Of a stretch of DNA of 32,535 bases, positions 8,389 through 19,998 are shown in pieces. A model generated the notes under the pieces. That model was not told the DNA's origin and ran no database searches. It saw only the letters and a list, made by a program, of their open reading frames with translations. Source of the DNA: an uncultured Polyangiaceae bacterium (GTDB lineage Bacteria > Myxococcota_A > Polyangia > Polyangiales > Polyangiaceae); assembly GCA_964440025.1 (NCBI GenBank), contig CAYTRQ010000008.1, positions 1-32,535 of the forward strand. Direction: 5' to 3'. The position numbers were made by a program, and so were the translations under genes. Numbering within the stretch: the first letter of the stretch is position 1; each line of letters begins with the position of its first letter.

Positions 8389-8942
8389 GTGAGGGTGCAG
8401 TTGCCGATCGCTATGCGCGTGCGCTCCTCGATTTGGGCCGTGAAACCGGAGAATTGGAATCTCTGGCCGCGTCCATGAGGGAATTTTCGGAAGCGGCGGT
8501 GAGCCATCGAGAGCTTCGCGCGGTGTTGTTCGATCCCACCGTTGCGAAAGAGCAGAGGGCGAGCGTGATCCGCGCCGTAGGGAAAAGGCTTTCGATGCCG
8601 GAAATGGGCATACGTGGTCTTTTGCTCATGTCCCGGCGACGTCGACTGGGCGTCCTGTCGGCCGTGTCCCGTCGGCTCACCGAACTGGCCGATGAGGTGA
8701 CGGGCGTACTGAGGGGCACTGTGACGACCGCCCAACCCATGCCAGAGAACTTCTATGAATCTCTCTCGGAGAGCATTTCTCGGGCAACTGGCCGGAAGAT
8801 CATTCTCTCTCGTCAGGCCGACGAACGTCTCATTGGGGGCGCCGTGGCTCGGGTAGGAGACGCCACGGTCGATGCCAGCGTGCGCGGTCAGCTGGACGAC
8901 ATCGAGCGAGAGCTGACTCTTGCGCTCGGTAGCGAGAGTTAA
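8385..8942 (+). CDS. atpH: F0F1 ATP synthase subunit delta (OSCP)
   Basis: GTG start overlaps the atpF stop (GTGA), with GGGAGG about 8 nt upstream. OSCP pattern: ADRYARALLDLG..., C-terminal LIGGAVARVGDATVDASVRGQL. Confidence 0.9.
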   Translation: MSEGAVADRYARALLDLGRETGELESLAASMREFSEAAVSHRELRAVLFDPTVAKEQRASVIRAVGKRLSMPEMGIRGLLLMSRRRRLGVLSAVSRRLTELADEVTGVLRGTVTTAQPMPENFYESLSESISRATGRKIILSRQADERLIGGAVARVGDATVDASVRGQLDDIERELTLALGSES

Positions 8943-9021
8943 GCCCCTAACAATTTCACTGGTTCTCGAAGCAGATAGAATCGGGAGCCCAAACTCAGTC
9001 TTGCTAGAAAAACACGAGTGA

Positions 9022-10707
<1,686 letters not shown>

Positions 10708-10724
10708 TCGAGAAGTATCCAATT

Positions 10725-11633
10725 ATGGCCAATCAGAAGGAAATCCGGACGCGCATCGGCAGTGTGAAGAACACACAAAAGATCACGCGTGCCATGAAGA
10801 TGGTGGCTGGTGCTCGGCTCAATCGTGCGCAGAATCGGATTCAGGCGCTCCGTCCCTATGCAGTGGAAACGGCCCAGGTTCTTCACGATGTCGTAGGGGA
10901 TGCCAAAACTGATGAGCAGTTGGCTGAAGAGGAGCTGCATCCACTGCTTGCGCGCCGCGAGGAGAAGCGGGTCATCTATCTCGTTTTGACCAGCGATCGA
11001 GGCCTCTGTGGAGCATTCAACTCGACGATCCTCCGGCGCGCGGAAGCCATGTGGAAGGAAGCCGAGGCGGCGGGCAAGGAGGTTCAGCTCTATCTCATCG
11101 GCCGCAAGGGACGGGACTACTTTCAACGTCGCCGGGCGCCGATTGGTGAGATCTTTGCTGGAGTTTGGGACGATCTCGGGCTCGAACAAGCGAGGCGAGT
11201 GGCGCGTGGAGTGTTGAAGCCATTCGTCGATGGGGAGGTCGACTCGATTTATCTCGTCTACAATGAATTCAAGAGCGCGATGACCCAGAGGGTCGTTGCG
11301 GAGCCACTTTTTCCCCTCGCCGAACGTGTTGTGGAAGGCGAGGATCGGGCGTCCGATGCTCCACCAGTTCATCTCGATTTCACGTTCGAGCCGGATCGGG
11401 ACTCCCTTCTCGAGGTACTCGTTCCGATGTACATCGAGGTCACGCTTTTGCGTGCGCTTTACGAATCGATGGCTTCGGAGCTAGGGGCTCGGATGACGGC
11501 CATGGATTCGGCGACCAAGAATGCAAGCGATATGATCGATTCATTGACGCTGCAGTACAATCGAGCCAGGCAAGCCGCGATCACCACCGAGCTCATGGAA
11601 ATCATCGGCGGTGCGGAGGCGCTCGGAAGCTGA
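10725..11633 (+). CDS. atpG: F0F1 ATP synthase subunit gamma
   Basis: MANQKEIRTRIGSVKNTQKITRAMKMVAGARL at the N-terminus and ARQAAITTELMEIIGGAEAL at the C-terminus. Confidence 0.95.
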   Translation: MANQKEIRTRIGSVKNTQKITRAMKMVAGARLNRAQNRIQALRPYAVETAQVLHDVVGDAKTDEQLAEEELHPLLARREEKRVIYLVLTSDRGLCGAFNSTILRRAEAMWKEAEAAGKEVQLYLIGRKGRDYFQRRRAPIGEIFAGVWDDLGLEQARRVARGVLKPFVDGEVDSIYLVYNEFKSAMTQRVVAEPLFPLAERVVEGEDRASDAPPVHLDFTFEPDRDSLLEVLVPMYIEVTLLRALYESMASELGARMTAMDSATKNASDMIDSLTLQYNRARQAAITTELMEIIGGAEALGS

Positions 11634-11668
11634 GCGCGCCTTCCTCTTACCGAAAGCTGGGACGGGGT

Positions 11669-11941
11669 ATGGCAAAGAAAAGCCGGTCAGCAAGAAAGGC
11701 GCAGCGACAGCGCGCCGTCCGGGCTCAAGAGCGGGGGCTGCCCGTTCCCACGGATCAGAGTGAGGAGAGTGCGAGGGAGGAGTCTTCTTTTTCCGAGGGA
11801 GGGAGGAGGCCAGCGGGTGAGCAGATGGCGAGCGGTTCTGGGGTATCGTCGCAGCGCGGCTTGCCGACGATTGCGAAGGTTCTTCTCGGCGCGGCGGTGG
11901 TTTTGGTCCTTCTGTTTCTTCTTTCCCAACTGCGCAAATAG
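11669..11941 (+). CDS. small hypothetical tail-anchored membrane protein (90 aa)
   Basis: Basic N-terminus (MAKKSRSARKAQRQRAVRAQ), an acidic/Ser-rich middle and a single C-terminal TM helix (IAKVLLGAAVVLVLLFLLSQL). A G-rich SD-like GGGACGGGG lies upstream. No recognisable family. Confidence 0.45.
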   Translation: MAKKSRSARKAQRQRAVRAQERGLPVPTDQSEESAREESSFSEGGRRPAGEQMASGSGVSSQRGLPTIAKVLLGAAVVLVLLFLLSQLRK

Positions 11942-12112
11942 AGGCTCGGTGCGCGGCCTCGTTCGGCCTGCCTCGTTCGGGCGGCCTCATATTCCGGCTT
12001 GGGCCGGAGCGGAGACCGTGTGACGTTGCCGAAGTGAGAGGTTGCTCGCCTCACTCCGGGCGCCGGCGTTCTCGCTTGCCTTTGGTTCGTCCTCTTTGTC
12101 ACCATCGTTCCG

Positions 12113-13354
12113 ATGGACAAGGCGCATGTGCTGGGGATGGTCCTGGCGGGAGGAGAAGGAAAGCGGCTCTGGCCTCTGACGAGGGATCGAGCCAAGCCAG
12201 CCGTTCCGTTTGCGGGGAACTACCGACTGGTTGATTTTGCACTGAGCAACTTGGTCAATGGTGGGTATCGGCGTATCGCTGTTCTTACCCAATACAAAAG
12301 TCATAGTCTTGACCGGCACATTGCTCAGACGTGGCGCTTGTCCCCGCTCTTCAACAACTATGTCATGTCCGTACCGGCGCAGATGCGGCTGGGCAAGCGT
12401 TGGTTCGAAGGTTCCGCTGACGCGGTGTTTCAGAACCTCAACCTGATTCAAGACGAAAACCCTGACTATATTTGCGTCTTTGGCTCCGATCACATCTACC
12501 GGATGGATCCTTCTCAAATGGTCGAGGCGCACATTGCTTCCGGGGCAGGCGTGACGGTGGCTGGCATTCGTGTGCCCCGGAAAGAGTCGTTTCGCTTTGG
12601 CGTGATCGAGCCGAATGAGCAAGGACGCATCAAGGCTTTTCATGAAAAGCCCAAGGATGCGGTAGGGCTGCGAGACAGTCCCGATGAAGTCCTCGCGTCG
12701 ATGGGAAATTACGTATTTAGCGCTCGAACGCTTGTCGAAGCGGTTCAAGAGGATGCACTCGACTCGGGAAGCGCGCACGATATGGGAGGGAATATCGTGA
12801 CCAATTTGGTGAGCAGCGGTGACGCGGCTGTTTATGACTTTTCAACGAATCGAGTTCCCGGTGCTACGGCTCGAGATGCTGGGTACTGGCGGGACGTAGG
12901 GACTATCGATAGCTACTACGAGGCACAAATGGACCTCATTAGCGTCCATCCCGTCTTCAACATGTACAATCGCCAGTGGCCGATTCATTCGGGGCACTCG
13001 TCGCACTTGCCGCCGGCAAAGTTCGTGTTCGATGAGGAGGGGCGTCGAGGCGCGGCCATTGATTCCATGGTTTGCAGCGGAACGATTCTCTCGGGAGGGA
13101 CCGTGCGTCGCTCGGTGATTTCCACAGACGTGCTGGTTCATACGGGGGCTCTCGTGGAAGACTCGGTTTTGATGAGTGGAGTCGACGTGGGCCAGGATGC
13201 AGTGGTGCGGCGAGCCATCATCGACAAGAATGTCCAGGTTCCCGCAAACAGCAAGATCGGGGTGGACTTGGAGGCGGACCGCCGCCGCGGGCTGACGGTT
13301 TCGGATAGTGGCGTCGTCGTCATTGGAAAAGGTGACACGATCCACCCCGAATGA
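12113..13354 (+). CDS. glgC: glucose-1-phosphate adenylyltransferase
   Basis: [44 protein letters not shown], followed by a C-terminal left-handed beta-helix region. 413 aa. Confidence 0.95.
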   Translation: MDKAHVLGMVLAGGEGKRLWPLTRDRAKPAVPFAGNYRLVDFALSNLVNGGYRRIAVLTQYKSHSLDRHIAQTWRLSPLFNNYVMSVPAQMRLGKRWFEGSADAVFQNLNLIQDENPDYICVFGSDHIYRMDPSQMVEAHIASGAGVTVAGIRVPRKESFRFGVIEPNEQGRIKAFHEKPKDAVGLRDSPDEVLASMGNYVFSARTLVEAVQEDALDSGSAHDMGGNIVTNLVSSGDAAVYDFSTNRVPGATARDAGYWRDVGTIDSYYEAQMDLISVHPVFNMYNRQWPIHSGHSSHLPPAKFVFDEEGRRGAAIDSMVCSGTILSGGTVRRSVISTDVLVHTGALVEDSVLMSGVDVGQDAVVRRAIIDKNVQVPANSKIGVDLEADRRRGLTVSDSGVVVIGKGDTIHPE

Positions 13355-13404
13355 AGCCAACGATGAGGGGGCTTCATTGCACGAGGGCTTGAGCTGGTGG
13401 GGCG

Positions 13405-14625
13405 ATGCGCTCTAAAGTCGCCTCGATGCGGATTGCTCTCCTCACCCGCGAATATCCTCCAGAAGTCTACGGTGGAGCGGGTGTTCACACCGAGTACCTG
13501 GCGCGAGAATTGGCTCGACTGGTCGATCTGCGGGTCCATTGCTTCGGCCAACCCCGTGAGGAGTTGCCGGAAGTCGCTCGAAGTTACGGCTATTGGTCGG
13601 CTCTTTCGGGCAATGAGCCCCATATGGCGGCCCTGCGGACTCTGGGCGTGAACCTCGAGATGGCGGCGGAGTTGGTCGATGTTCACCTTGTCCACAGCCA
13701 TACTTGGTATGCAAACTTTGCTGGACATCTCGCGAAGCTCATCTATGGGATCCCTCATGTGATGACCTCCCATAGTTTGGAGCCCCTCCGTCCGTGGAAA
13801 GAAGAACAACTACAAGGTGGCTATCGCCTTTCTTGCTATGTCGAAAAAACGGCCGCGGATGCGGCGGACCGTATCGTCGCCGTGAGTGCGAAGATGAAGG
13901 CGGACATCCTTCACGCCTATCCCGAGGTCGATCCGGACAAGGTCGAGGTGATCTACAATGGAATCGACACTGAGGAATACAAACCCGTATTCGGTCGAGC
14001 GATCTTGGAAAAGTACGGAGTCGATCCGCATCGGCCAGTTGCTCTGTTCGTGGGGCGGATCACCCGGCAAAAGGGAGTTGTCCATCTCCTCGAAGCTGCC
14101 GCCCATTTCGAACCGGAAGTGCAGCTCATCCTTTGCGCTGGAGCTCCCGATACCAAAGAGATTGCGGGAGAGGTGACCACCTTGGTCGAGAAGCTTCGGA
14201 AAACGCGGGAGGGAGTCGTGTGGATTCAGGAAATGCTTCCTCGAGAGGAAGTGATCGCGCTTCTTTCTGCGAGCACAGTATTCTTGTGCCCCAGTATTTA
14301 TGAGCCATTTGGAATAGTCAACGTGGAGGCCATGGGTTGCGGGACGGCCGTTGTTGCTTCTGCAGTGGGAGGAATTCCCGAAGTCGTTGTCGAGGGAGAA
14401 ACAGGCTCTCTGATCCACTATGCCGCGGACGCATCGGGGGAACCCATTGACCGAGACAAGTACTGTCGCGACTTTGCGCGGACGGTGAACGAAATTGCCA
14501 CCCACCCCAAGCGGGCTCGACTCATGGGGGAGGCGGGGAGACAGCGCGCGGTCGAACGCTTCAGCTGGACCAATATTGCTCACGAAACGGTGACTCTCTA
14601 TCGAGGTCTATTGGAGGGGGCCTGA
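13405..14625 (+). CDS. glgA: GT4-family glycogen synthase (Corynebacterium-type GlgA)
   Basis: MRIALLTREYPPEVYGGAGVH... and EPFGIVNVEAMGCGTAVVASAVGGIPEVVVEGETG (GT4 E-x7-E region). It directly follows glgC. The start is ATG 13405 or ATG 13426. Confidence 0.8.
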   Translation: MRSKVASMRIALLTREYPPEVYGGAGVHTEYLARELARLVDLRVHCFGQPREELPEVARSYGYWSALSGNEPHMAALRTLGVNLEMAAELVDVHLVHSHTWYANFAGHLAKLIYGIPHVMTSHSLEPLRPWKEEQLQGGYRLSCYVEKTAADAADRIVAVSAKMKADILHAYPEVDPDKVEVIYNGIDTEEYKPVFGRAILEKYGVDPHRPVALFVGRITRQKGVVHLLEAAAHFEPEVQLILCAGAPDTKEIAGEVTTLVEKLRKTREGVVWIQEMLPREEVIALLSASTVFLCPSIYEPFGIVNVEAMGCGTAVVASAVGGIPEVVVEGETGSLIHYAADASGEPIDRDKYCRDFARTVNEIATHPKRARLMGEAGRQRAVERFSWTNIAHETVTLYRGLLEGA

Positions 14626-16472
14626 TGTGCGGCATCGTTGGCTATGTCGGCGGGCGCAGTGCAGCCCATGTGCTTTTGGATGGCCTTCGTCGCTTGGAGT
14701 ATCGCGGCTACGATTCTGCAGGTCTCGCCGTCCATCACGGAGACTCACTCACCGTTGTTCGTGCCGTAGGTAAACTGGACAACTTGGCCCAAGCGATTGG
14801 GATCAAGGAGCTCCCAGGAAGCATGGGCATCGGTCACACTCGTTGGGCCACCCATGGCCGTCCAAGTGAGTCCAACGCCCATCCGCATCGTGCGGGCCCC
14901 ATTGCCGTTGTTCACAATGGAATCCTCGAGAATCATCTCGAGCTGAAGCTTCAGCTACAGCGGGACGGGATCGAGTTTTCGAGCGATACGGACACGGAAA
15001 TCGCGGCGCACTTGATTCATCGCGCGCTCGAAGAGATTCCTGATCTCCATGGTGCAAGAGCTCTCGTCGAAGCCGTTCGTCGAGCTCTGAGGCAGGTTCG
15101 AGGTGCCTATGCCCTGGCCGTCGTCAGTGAGGAAGTGCCGGATCGGGTCGTCGTGGCGAAGAACGCCTCGCCGCTCGTGATAGGAATGGGCCACGGCGAG
15201 AACCTTTGTGCTTCCGATATTCCCGCGTTGCTCAACTACACTCGCGACATCCTCATCCTCGAGGATGGGGAAATGGCGGAGATTTCACCGGAGGCGGTTC
15301 ATGTCGAGACCCTGGAGGGAGACCGGGTTGAACGCAGCCCGCGCAGAATCGACTGGAGCCCCGTTCAGGCCGAAAAAGGGGGCTTCAAGCACTTCATGCT
15401 CAAGGAGATCTTCGAGCAGCCACGCGCCATCGAAGACACTCTCAGGGGACGAATCGATCTTGAAGCGGGGGATTTAATTGAAGCGGATCTAGGACTCAGT
15501 CCGGAGCTGATCGAGAGGACTCGGCGGCTCTACTTCGTGGCGTGCGGCACAAGCTATCACGCCAGCTTGGCCGGGGTGCATTTCGCGGAGCGGTTGGCGA
15601 AAATCCCGGCGCGATGTGAACTGGCCAGTGAAGTGCGTTGCAGGCAGCCCGTCTTTGGTCCTGAGGATCTCGTTGTCGCGGTGAGCCAGTCTGGCGAGAC
15701 GGCCGACACCCTTGCGGCGCTGCGTGAAGCCAAGGCCCAGGGGGCCAACGTTTTGGCGCTGACGAACGTTTTGGACAGTGCCATTGCTCGAGCCGCGCAC
15801 GGGGCTCTCTATACCCACGCTGGGCCAGAAGTGGGCGTGGCGTCGACCAAGGCGTTTACGACCCAGCTTGTCGCCATGCTCATGCTTGCCGTTTATCTTG
15901 GTCGTCGTCGAGGGCATCTCTCTCGAGAGAGAGGTCGACAAGTCTTGCAAGCTCTCATTGGGCTTCCGGGCGATTTGCGGAAAGTCCTCCAGCGCGCGGA
16001 CGAGGTGTTGGCGGTGGCTCGGCGTTGGCATCATGCTCAACACATGCTGTTCTTGGGGCGCGGATTGGGATATCCCATTGCCCTCGAAGGGGCTCTGAAG
16101 CTCAAGGAAATCAGCTACGCTCATGCGGAGGGCTATGCTGCGGGGGAGATGAAACACGGCCCGATCGCGCTCATCGATGAGACGATGCCTGTTGTGGTGA
16201 TCGTGCCCCAGGACGCTCACTATGAGAAAACGCAGTCGAATCTTCAGGAGGTTCGAGCTCGAGAGGGGCGGGTGATTGCCGTACTGACCGAGGGGGATGA
16301 TTCCATCGGCCAATATACGTCCGACTTGCTGTTCGTTCCGGCGGTGGCTGAATGGGTTCTTCCGATGGTCACCTGTCTTCCGCTCCAGCTGCTTGCTTAC
16401 CATGTGGCCGATTTGAAGGGGACCGATGTCGACCAGCCACGAAATTTGGCGAAGACGGTCACGGTGGAGTGA
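14625..16472 (+). CDS. glmS: glutamine--fructose-6-phosphate aminotransferase (isomerizing)
   Basis: MCGIVGY N-terminal nucleophile, GHTRWATHG, two SIS domains and C-terminal PRNLAKTVTVE. The ATG overlaps the glgA stop (TGATG). Confidence 0.97.
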   Translation: MCGIVGYVGGRSAAHVLLDGLRRLEYRGYDSAGLAVHHGDSLTVVRAVGKLDNLAQAIGIKELPGSMGIGHTRWATHGRPSESNAHPHRAGPIAVVHNGILENHLELKLQLQRDGIEFSSDTDTEIAAHLIHRALEEIPDLHGARALVEAVRRALRQVRGAYALAVVSEEVPDRVVVAKNASPLVIGMGHGENLCASDIPALLNYTRDILILEDGEMAEISPEAVHVETLEGDRVERSPRRIDWSPVQAEKGGFKHFMLKEIFEQPRAIEDTLRGRIDLEAGDLIEADLGLSPELIERTRRLYFVACGTSYHASLAGVHFAERLAKIPARCELASEVRCRQPVFGPEDLVVAVSQSGETADTLAALREAKAQGANVLALTNVLDSAIARAAHGALYTHAGPEVGVASTKAFTTQLVAMLMLAVYLGRRRGHLSRERGRQVLQALIGLPGDLRKVLQRADEVLAVARRWHHAQHMLFLGRGLGYPIALEGALKLKEISYAHAEGYAAGEMKHGPIALIDETMPVVVIVPQDAHYEKTQSNLQEVRAREGRVIAVLTEGDDSIGQYTSDLLFVPAVAEWVLPMVTCLPLQLLAYHVADLKGTDVDQPRNLAKTVTVE

Positions 16473-16547
16473 AGGGCTACGGAGCGGAGCGAGCAGCCTC
16501 CGGAGCTACCTTGACACGATAGCCGCTTGAGTGCTCTTGCAGAGGAT

Positions 16548-17321
16548 ATGTCTGCACGTGGATTGTCTGCATTGCCTTTAGTGGTGACGTTCGCCCTCAG
16601 TTGTTCCGGTTCGAATCAGGAGGCGCCCGCTTCGCCCGAGGATGCTCAAGCTGAGGGGGAAGTCGAAGAGACGTCAGGACAATCCGACCCGGTCGAGGAA
16701 GCCTCGCCCGAGGAGGAAGAGACGAGTCAAGGGATCCCCACGGAGTGTCATGATGGGACGGATCCCTGTACGGCCGATCCCAAATGGGTCAAGAAGGTCT
16801 GCCAGGACGTCTACCCAGCGGTGGCTCTTTATCTTTTCCAGCCAGATGTCCCATTCACCAAGGCTTATCTGAGTCGGAAGACGAGGGCGGTCAATGCTTC
16901 CGGAGGGGTGACGAGCGGGGAGGAATGGCTCCAGTTTGACGAGCAGGTCGTCCTCCTCGTTCACCGAGAAGCGAGTACTGGAGGCATGCAGGTGAGCGGG
17001 GCTCAAGGTGGTTTCGATGCCATGCGTTGGGACGGCTCCTGCGTCACTCTCGGCGCTAATGAAGTGCGTACGCAGGTCCCTCCCGATCCCATCCACGCGC
17101 ACGTTCCTTGGCGCTACCTCGGCGATGATATTCAGGATGCTTTGAAGGACGTGGAGTCCGTGAAAGAAGCCTACATCACTCGCAAGCAGGAGTGCAGGGG
17201 AGTCTATAGTGGCAGTGTGAGCAAGAAGTGTGTGCGGGCTGACGAAGCTCTCAATGAAGAAATCGTTCGCGCCGTTCAAGAAGGTGAAGTGGACTTGCCG
17301 GTTCCCGAAAACCGCCCGTAA
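16548..17321 (+). CDS. hypothetical Cys-containing lipoprotein
   Basis: ATG 16548 opens MSARGLSALPLVVTFALSCSGSN (signal peptide with LSC lipobox). An acidic low-complexity linker follows, then a globular part with 8 Cys. The ORF track opens at TTG 16527. Confidence 0.65.
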   Translation: MSARGLSALPLVVTFALSCSGSNQEAPASPEDAQAEGEVEETSGQSDPVEEASPEEEETSQGIPTECHDGTDPCTADPKWVKKVCQDVYPAVALYLFQPDVPFTKAYLSRKTRAVNASGGVTSGEEWLQFDEQVVLLVHREASTGGMQVSGAQGGFDAMRWDGSCVTLGANEVRTQVPPDPIHAHVPWRYLGDDIQDALKDVESVKEAYITRKQECRGVYSGSVSKKCVRADEALNEEIVRAVQEGEVDLPVPENRP

Positions 17322-17351
17322 ATGATCGAGCGCGGTTGTTGAACAGTCCTT

Positions 17352-17375
17352 GCACCTCCCTTTGGGTTGAGGTGC
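17352..17375. terminator. 7-bp stem hairpin between convergent genes (possible weak bidirectional terminator)
   Basis: GCACCTC-CCTTTGGGTT-GAGGTGC sits between the lipoprotein stop (17321) and the MMPL stop (17383). There is no real U-tract. Its 5' flank and loop resemble the 6034-6075 hairpin. Confidence 0.3.
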
Positions 17376-17382
17376 TTGCCGG

Positions 17383-19998
17383 CTAAGCCGTGGACGGCTG
17401 TTTTTGCCCGTCCACGTTGGTGTCATGGGTGGGCTCCCCGGGGCCTGGACTGGCTTTGTCCATCTTCCAGGCCATCCACGCTGGCATGATTAGCACAGCC
17501 GTAGCCACACAGGTGACCTCGCTGATCGCCATGGCAATACCGAAGGAATTGAGAGCCCGATTGCTGCTCGTGTAGAGCGAAACATAGCCAATGATGGTGG
17601 TCAGCGAGCAGAGGACGACGGCTCCTCCGGTTCGCTGAACCGCCTCTCGCAGTGCTCGGCGAGCATCGGAGAGTCGCCGCTCTTCCACGATATAGCGCAC
17701 GATCACATTGATTCCGTAATCCGCGCCATTCCCGAACGTGATGGGAAACGCGACGAAATTGAGAAAGTTCAGGCGAATGCGGAGGCCTGCCATGGCGCCG
17801 GCCATCCATAGAATGCCTCCAAGGAGGGCGGAGAGTGTCAGGAAGCGGTGACGCCAACTTCGGAGGCTGACGAGGAGAAGAACGATTGTCGCCGTGAGTG
17901 CTGCAAGGATGGCCTGGGGGCCTTCGGTGGCGAGGGAGTCCAGAATGTCAGCGAAGACGAGGGCATTTCCGGTACTTGGAGGTCGCTTGCCATCGATGTC
18001 GATGGCGCGAACGGCTTGGGCCCATTCCACCCAATAGCGGCCATCCCAGTTGTTCCGGTCCAGGTGATGTTCGGAAAAAACGAGGCGGCCGACCGTCCCA
18101 TCTCGTTCCGTAAACGTTTGTCGGACCTCCTCGGGGAGATCCTCGTCGCCCACGGGGCTGATGTCCTTGGGCGGAATGTGTGGTTCGAGTTCCTCTTTTT
18201 CCTCTTCGCTCGCAAACTTCTTTGCTCGCAGGAGATCTTCCCGGAGCTGCTCGATGATGGGGATTTTTTCCTTTTGGTTGTCGGGAATGAGCGATTCGAT
18301 CGAACGGATCGGACCGAGAACTCTGGGGTTCTTTTCCGCGTAGGCTTCGAGCTGAGCGACGACTTCGGGAGTGTCGGCTCGCGTCGGGGACAAAATGGCA
18401 ATCGCGCTTCCCGTTTTCGTCTCGCTGACGATTTCGCCCTGTCGGTCATTGACCCATTGGATACGGCTATCGGGTTTCCGTTCCGAGGTGAGCTTCCGGA
18501 AGTCGTATTCGATCGGATTGGCTTGGATAGCGAGCCCCACGCCGATGACGGAAAAGACGGTCAGGACCGCCCCGACCGCCACGGACGTTTTGGGGCGAGA
18601 AAAAGCAAGCCAGGCGAAGAATCGGCCGTAGGGATTGCGTTTGAGCTGGGCAAGTCGCCTGGGGCGCAGTGGCGCGAGTCGTTCACTGGACAGCACGATG
18701 GTGGGAAGGAGTGTAAAGGCACTGATCCAGCACAGGGCCATACCGATCCCGCCAATGATCCCGAAGTCTCGGAAGCCTCGAAAATCGGTGATCGCCAGCG
18801 ACGCGTAAGCCAAACCTGCGGCCAGAGATGCGACGAGGGTGGCGGACCAGGTGGCAGCATGGGTCGTTCGGATAGCGGCCTCGTGTTCGTAGCCGCCGAG
18901 ACGTTCTTCGAAATACCGGGCCAGCCAGATGACATTGGGGTTGATCCCGTTGCCAATGACGATGCTCATCAAAAACGCCGTGGAGGTATTGAGGAACCCG
19001 ACGGTCAGTTGCGCTGCCGCGAAAGTGACGGCCACGGGCGGGATAATACACAGCCCCAAGACTGGCACTGCTCGCCAAGATCGGAAGAACAGATAAACGA
19101 CAAGCATGACTGCCAGTAGAGTTGCTCCACCGGCGAAGGCCATTTGTCGCGCCAACATCTTGGTTTCGATGTAGACGTCCATCAGATCCCCTCCGTAGTC
19201 GACCTGGGCGGAGGCGAGCTCGGGATCCTTTCTGATTTCGGCGAGATGGCCTTCGATCCGTTCGATCAAGGCATCGACCTGGCTCAACTGATTGCTCGTG
19301 ATGTCGGTTCTCAGGAAGATGATCGCGAGCGGTAGCTCCGGATGAGCGAACAGGCCCCGCTCGTAGTCGGGCAGATCGGCCTGTGCTTTCTCAGCCTCTT
19401 TCTCGACTCGTTCCTTGAGCTCTTCAATCGTAGGAGGCTCTTCGACATCGAGCCCTTCGTCGAGTCCCAGATCGAAGGGGCTTTGGTGCTCGGCTTCCCA
19501 CTCGACGCGGGCGTGCAGATCTTGCTGGAACTCTTTGAGAAAGTCTTTGTCGGCGTAGAGATACTTGTGCTTTTTTGCGAACTGCTGGAAATCCTTGATT
19601 CCCCAATCGACGGTGGTCAGCGCTGGATCGTTGGATGCTTCCAGTCGCTTGGCGAGCCGTTTGGTCGCTTCGAACGCCTTGTCGCGGTCCTCGGCTTGGA
19701 CGGCGAGGCTCATTGTGCTGGCGACTCCGAAGCGATCGACGAGCTGTTTCAGATCCACGACGCTCGGGGCCGTTTCCGGTAACAGCGCTTCGAAAGAGGC
19801 GTCCAGTTTCAACCGAGAGGCGATGGGGATCGCTACGACGGTCAGCAATAGCGCTATGATGAGAAACCATTTGGTCTGTCTCACCTGAGCGCGCGCGAGC
19901 TTGGACATCAGCTGTCCAAACCAATTGCGGGGCACCTCCACATGGGTGGGAGGCGTGAGTGGTGGGTCGGATTCAGGTTGGCTCATAGGCTTCGACAA
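17383..19998 (-). CDS. MMPL/RND-superfamily (COG1033-like) membrane exporter
   Basis: 871 aa. Two blocks of about 6 TM helices are each preceded by a large soluble loop, which is the typical MMPL/HpnN-like architecture. The start overlaps the 3' end of the upstream aminotransferase gene by 26 nt (or 14 nt from the second ATG). Confidence 0.85.
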   Translation of the reverse strand: MSKPMSQPESDPPLTPPTHVEVPRNWFGQLMSKLARAQVRQTKWFLIIALLLTVVAIPIASRLKLDASFEALLPETAPSVVDLKQLVDRFGVASTMSLAVQAEDRDKAFEATKRLAKRLEASNDPALTTVDWGIKDFQQFAKKHKYLYADKDFLKEFQQDLHARVEWEAEHQSPFDLGLDEGLDVEEPPTIEELKERVEKEAEKAQADLPDYERGLFAHPELPLAIIFLRTDITSNQLSQVDALIERIEGHLAEIRKDPELASAQVDYGGDLMDVYIETKMLARQMAFAGGATLLAVMLVVYLFFRSWRAVPVLGLCIIPPVAVTFAAAQLTVGFLNTSTAFLMSIVIGNGINPNVIWLARYFEERLGGYEHEAAIRTTHAATWSATLVASLAAGLAYASLAITDFRGFRDFGIIGGIGMALCWISAFTLLPTIVLSSERLAPLRPRRLAQLKRNPYGRFFAWLAFSRPKTSVAVGAVLTVFSVIGVGLAIQANPIEYDFRKLTSERKPDSRIQWVNDRQGEIVSETKTGSAIAILSPTRADTPEVVAQLEAYAEKNPRVLGPIRSIESLIPDNQKEKIPIIEQLREDLLRAKKFASEEEKEELEPHIPPKDISPVGDEDLPEEVRQTFTERDGTVGRLVFSEHHLDRNNWDGRYWVEWAQAVRAIDIDGKRPPSTGNALVFADILDSLATEGPQAILAALTATIVLLLVSLRSWRHRFLTLSALLGGILWMAGAMAGLRIRLNFLNFVAFPITFGNGADYGINVIVRYIVEERRLSDARRALREAVQRTGGAVVLCSLTTIIGYVSLYTSSNRALNSFGIAMAISEVTCVATAVLIMPAWMAWKMDKASPGPGEPTHDTNVDGQKQPSTA

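Noticed and set aside
11955-11980. Direct repeat CCTCGTTCGG twice (4-nt spacer) downstream of the 90-aa ORF, plus short hairpins at about 11994 and 12040
   Set aside because: With 10-nt repeats in GC-rich intergenic DNA and stems of only 5-6 bp, there is not enough to call an operator or terminator.
13352-13376. 7-bp hairpin TGAAGCC-N11-GGCTTCA overlapping the glgC stop codon
   Set aside because: Short stem, large loop and no U-tract. glgA follows within 30-50 nt, so it is more likely incidental than a terminator.
16511-16516. Perfect TTGACA -35-like hexamer upstream of the lipoprotein gene
   Set aside because: No acceptable -10 element lies at 16-18 nt spacing (CTCTTG), so I do not call a promoter.
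16605-16620. GGTTCGAATC, identical to the tRNA T-loop consensus
   Set aside because: The flanks cannot form a T-stem (CCGG versus CAGG), and no acceptor or anticodon arms are present. It lies in-frame inside the lipoprotein gene (SCSGSNQEAP).
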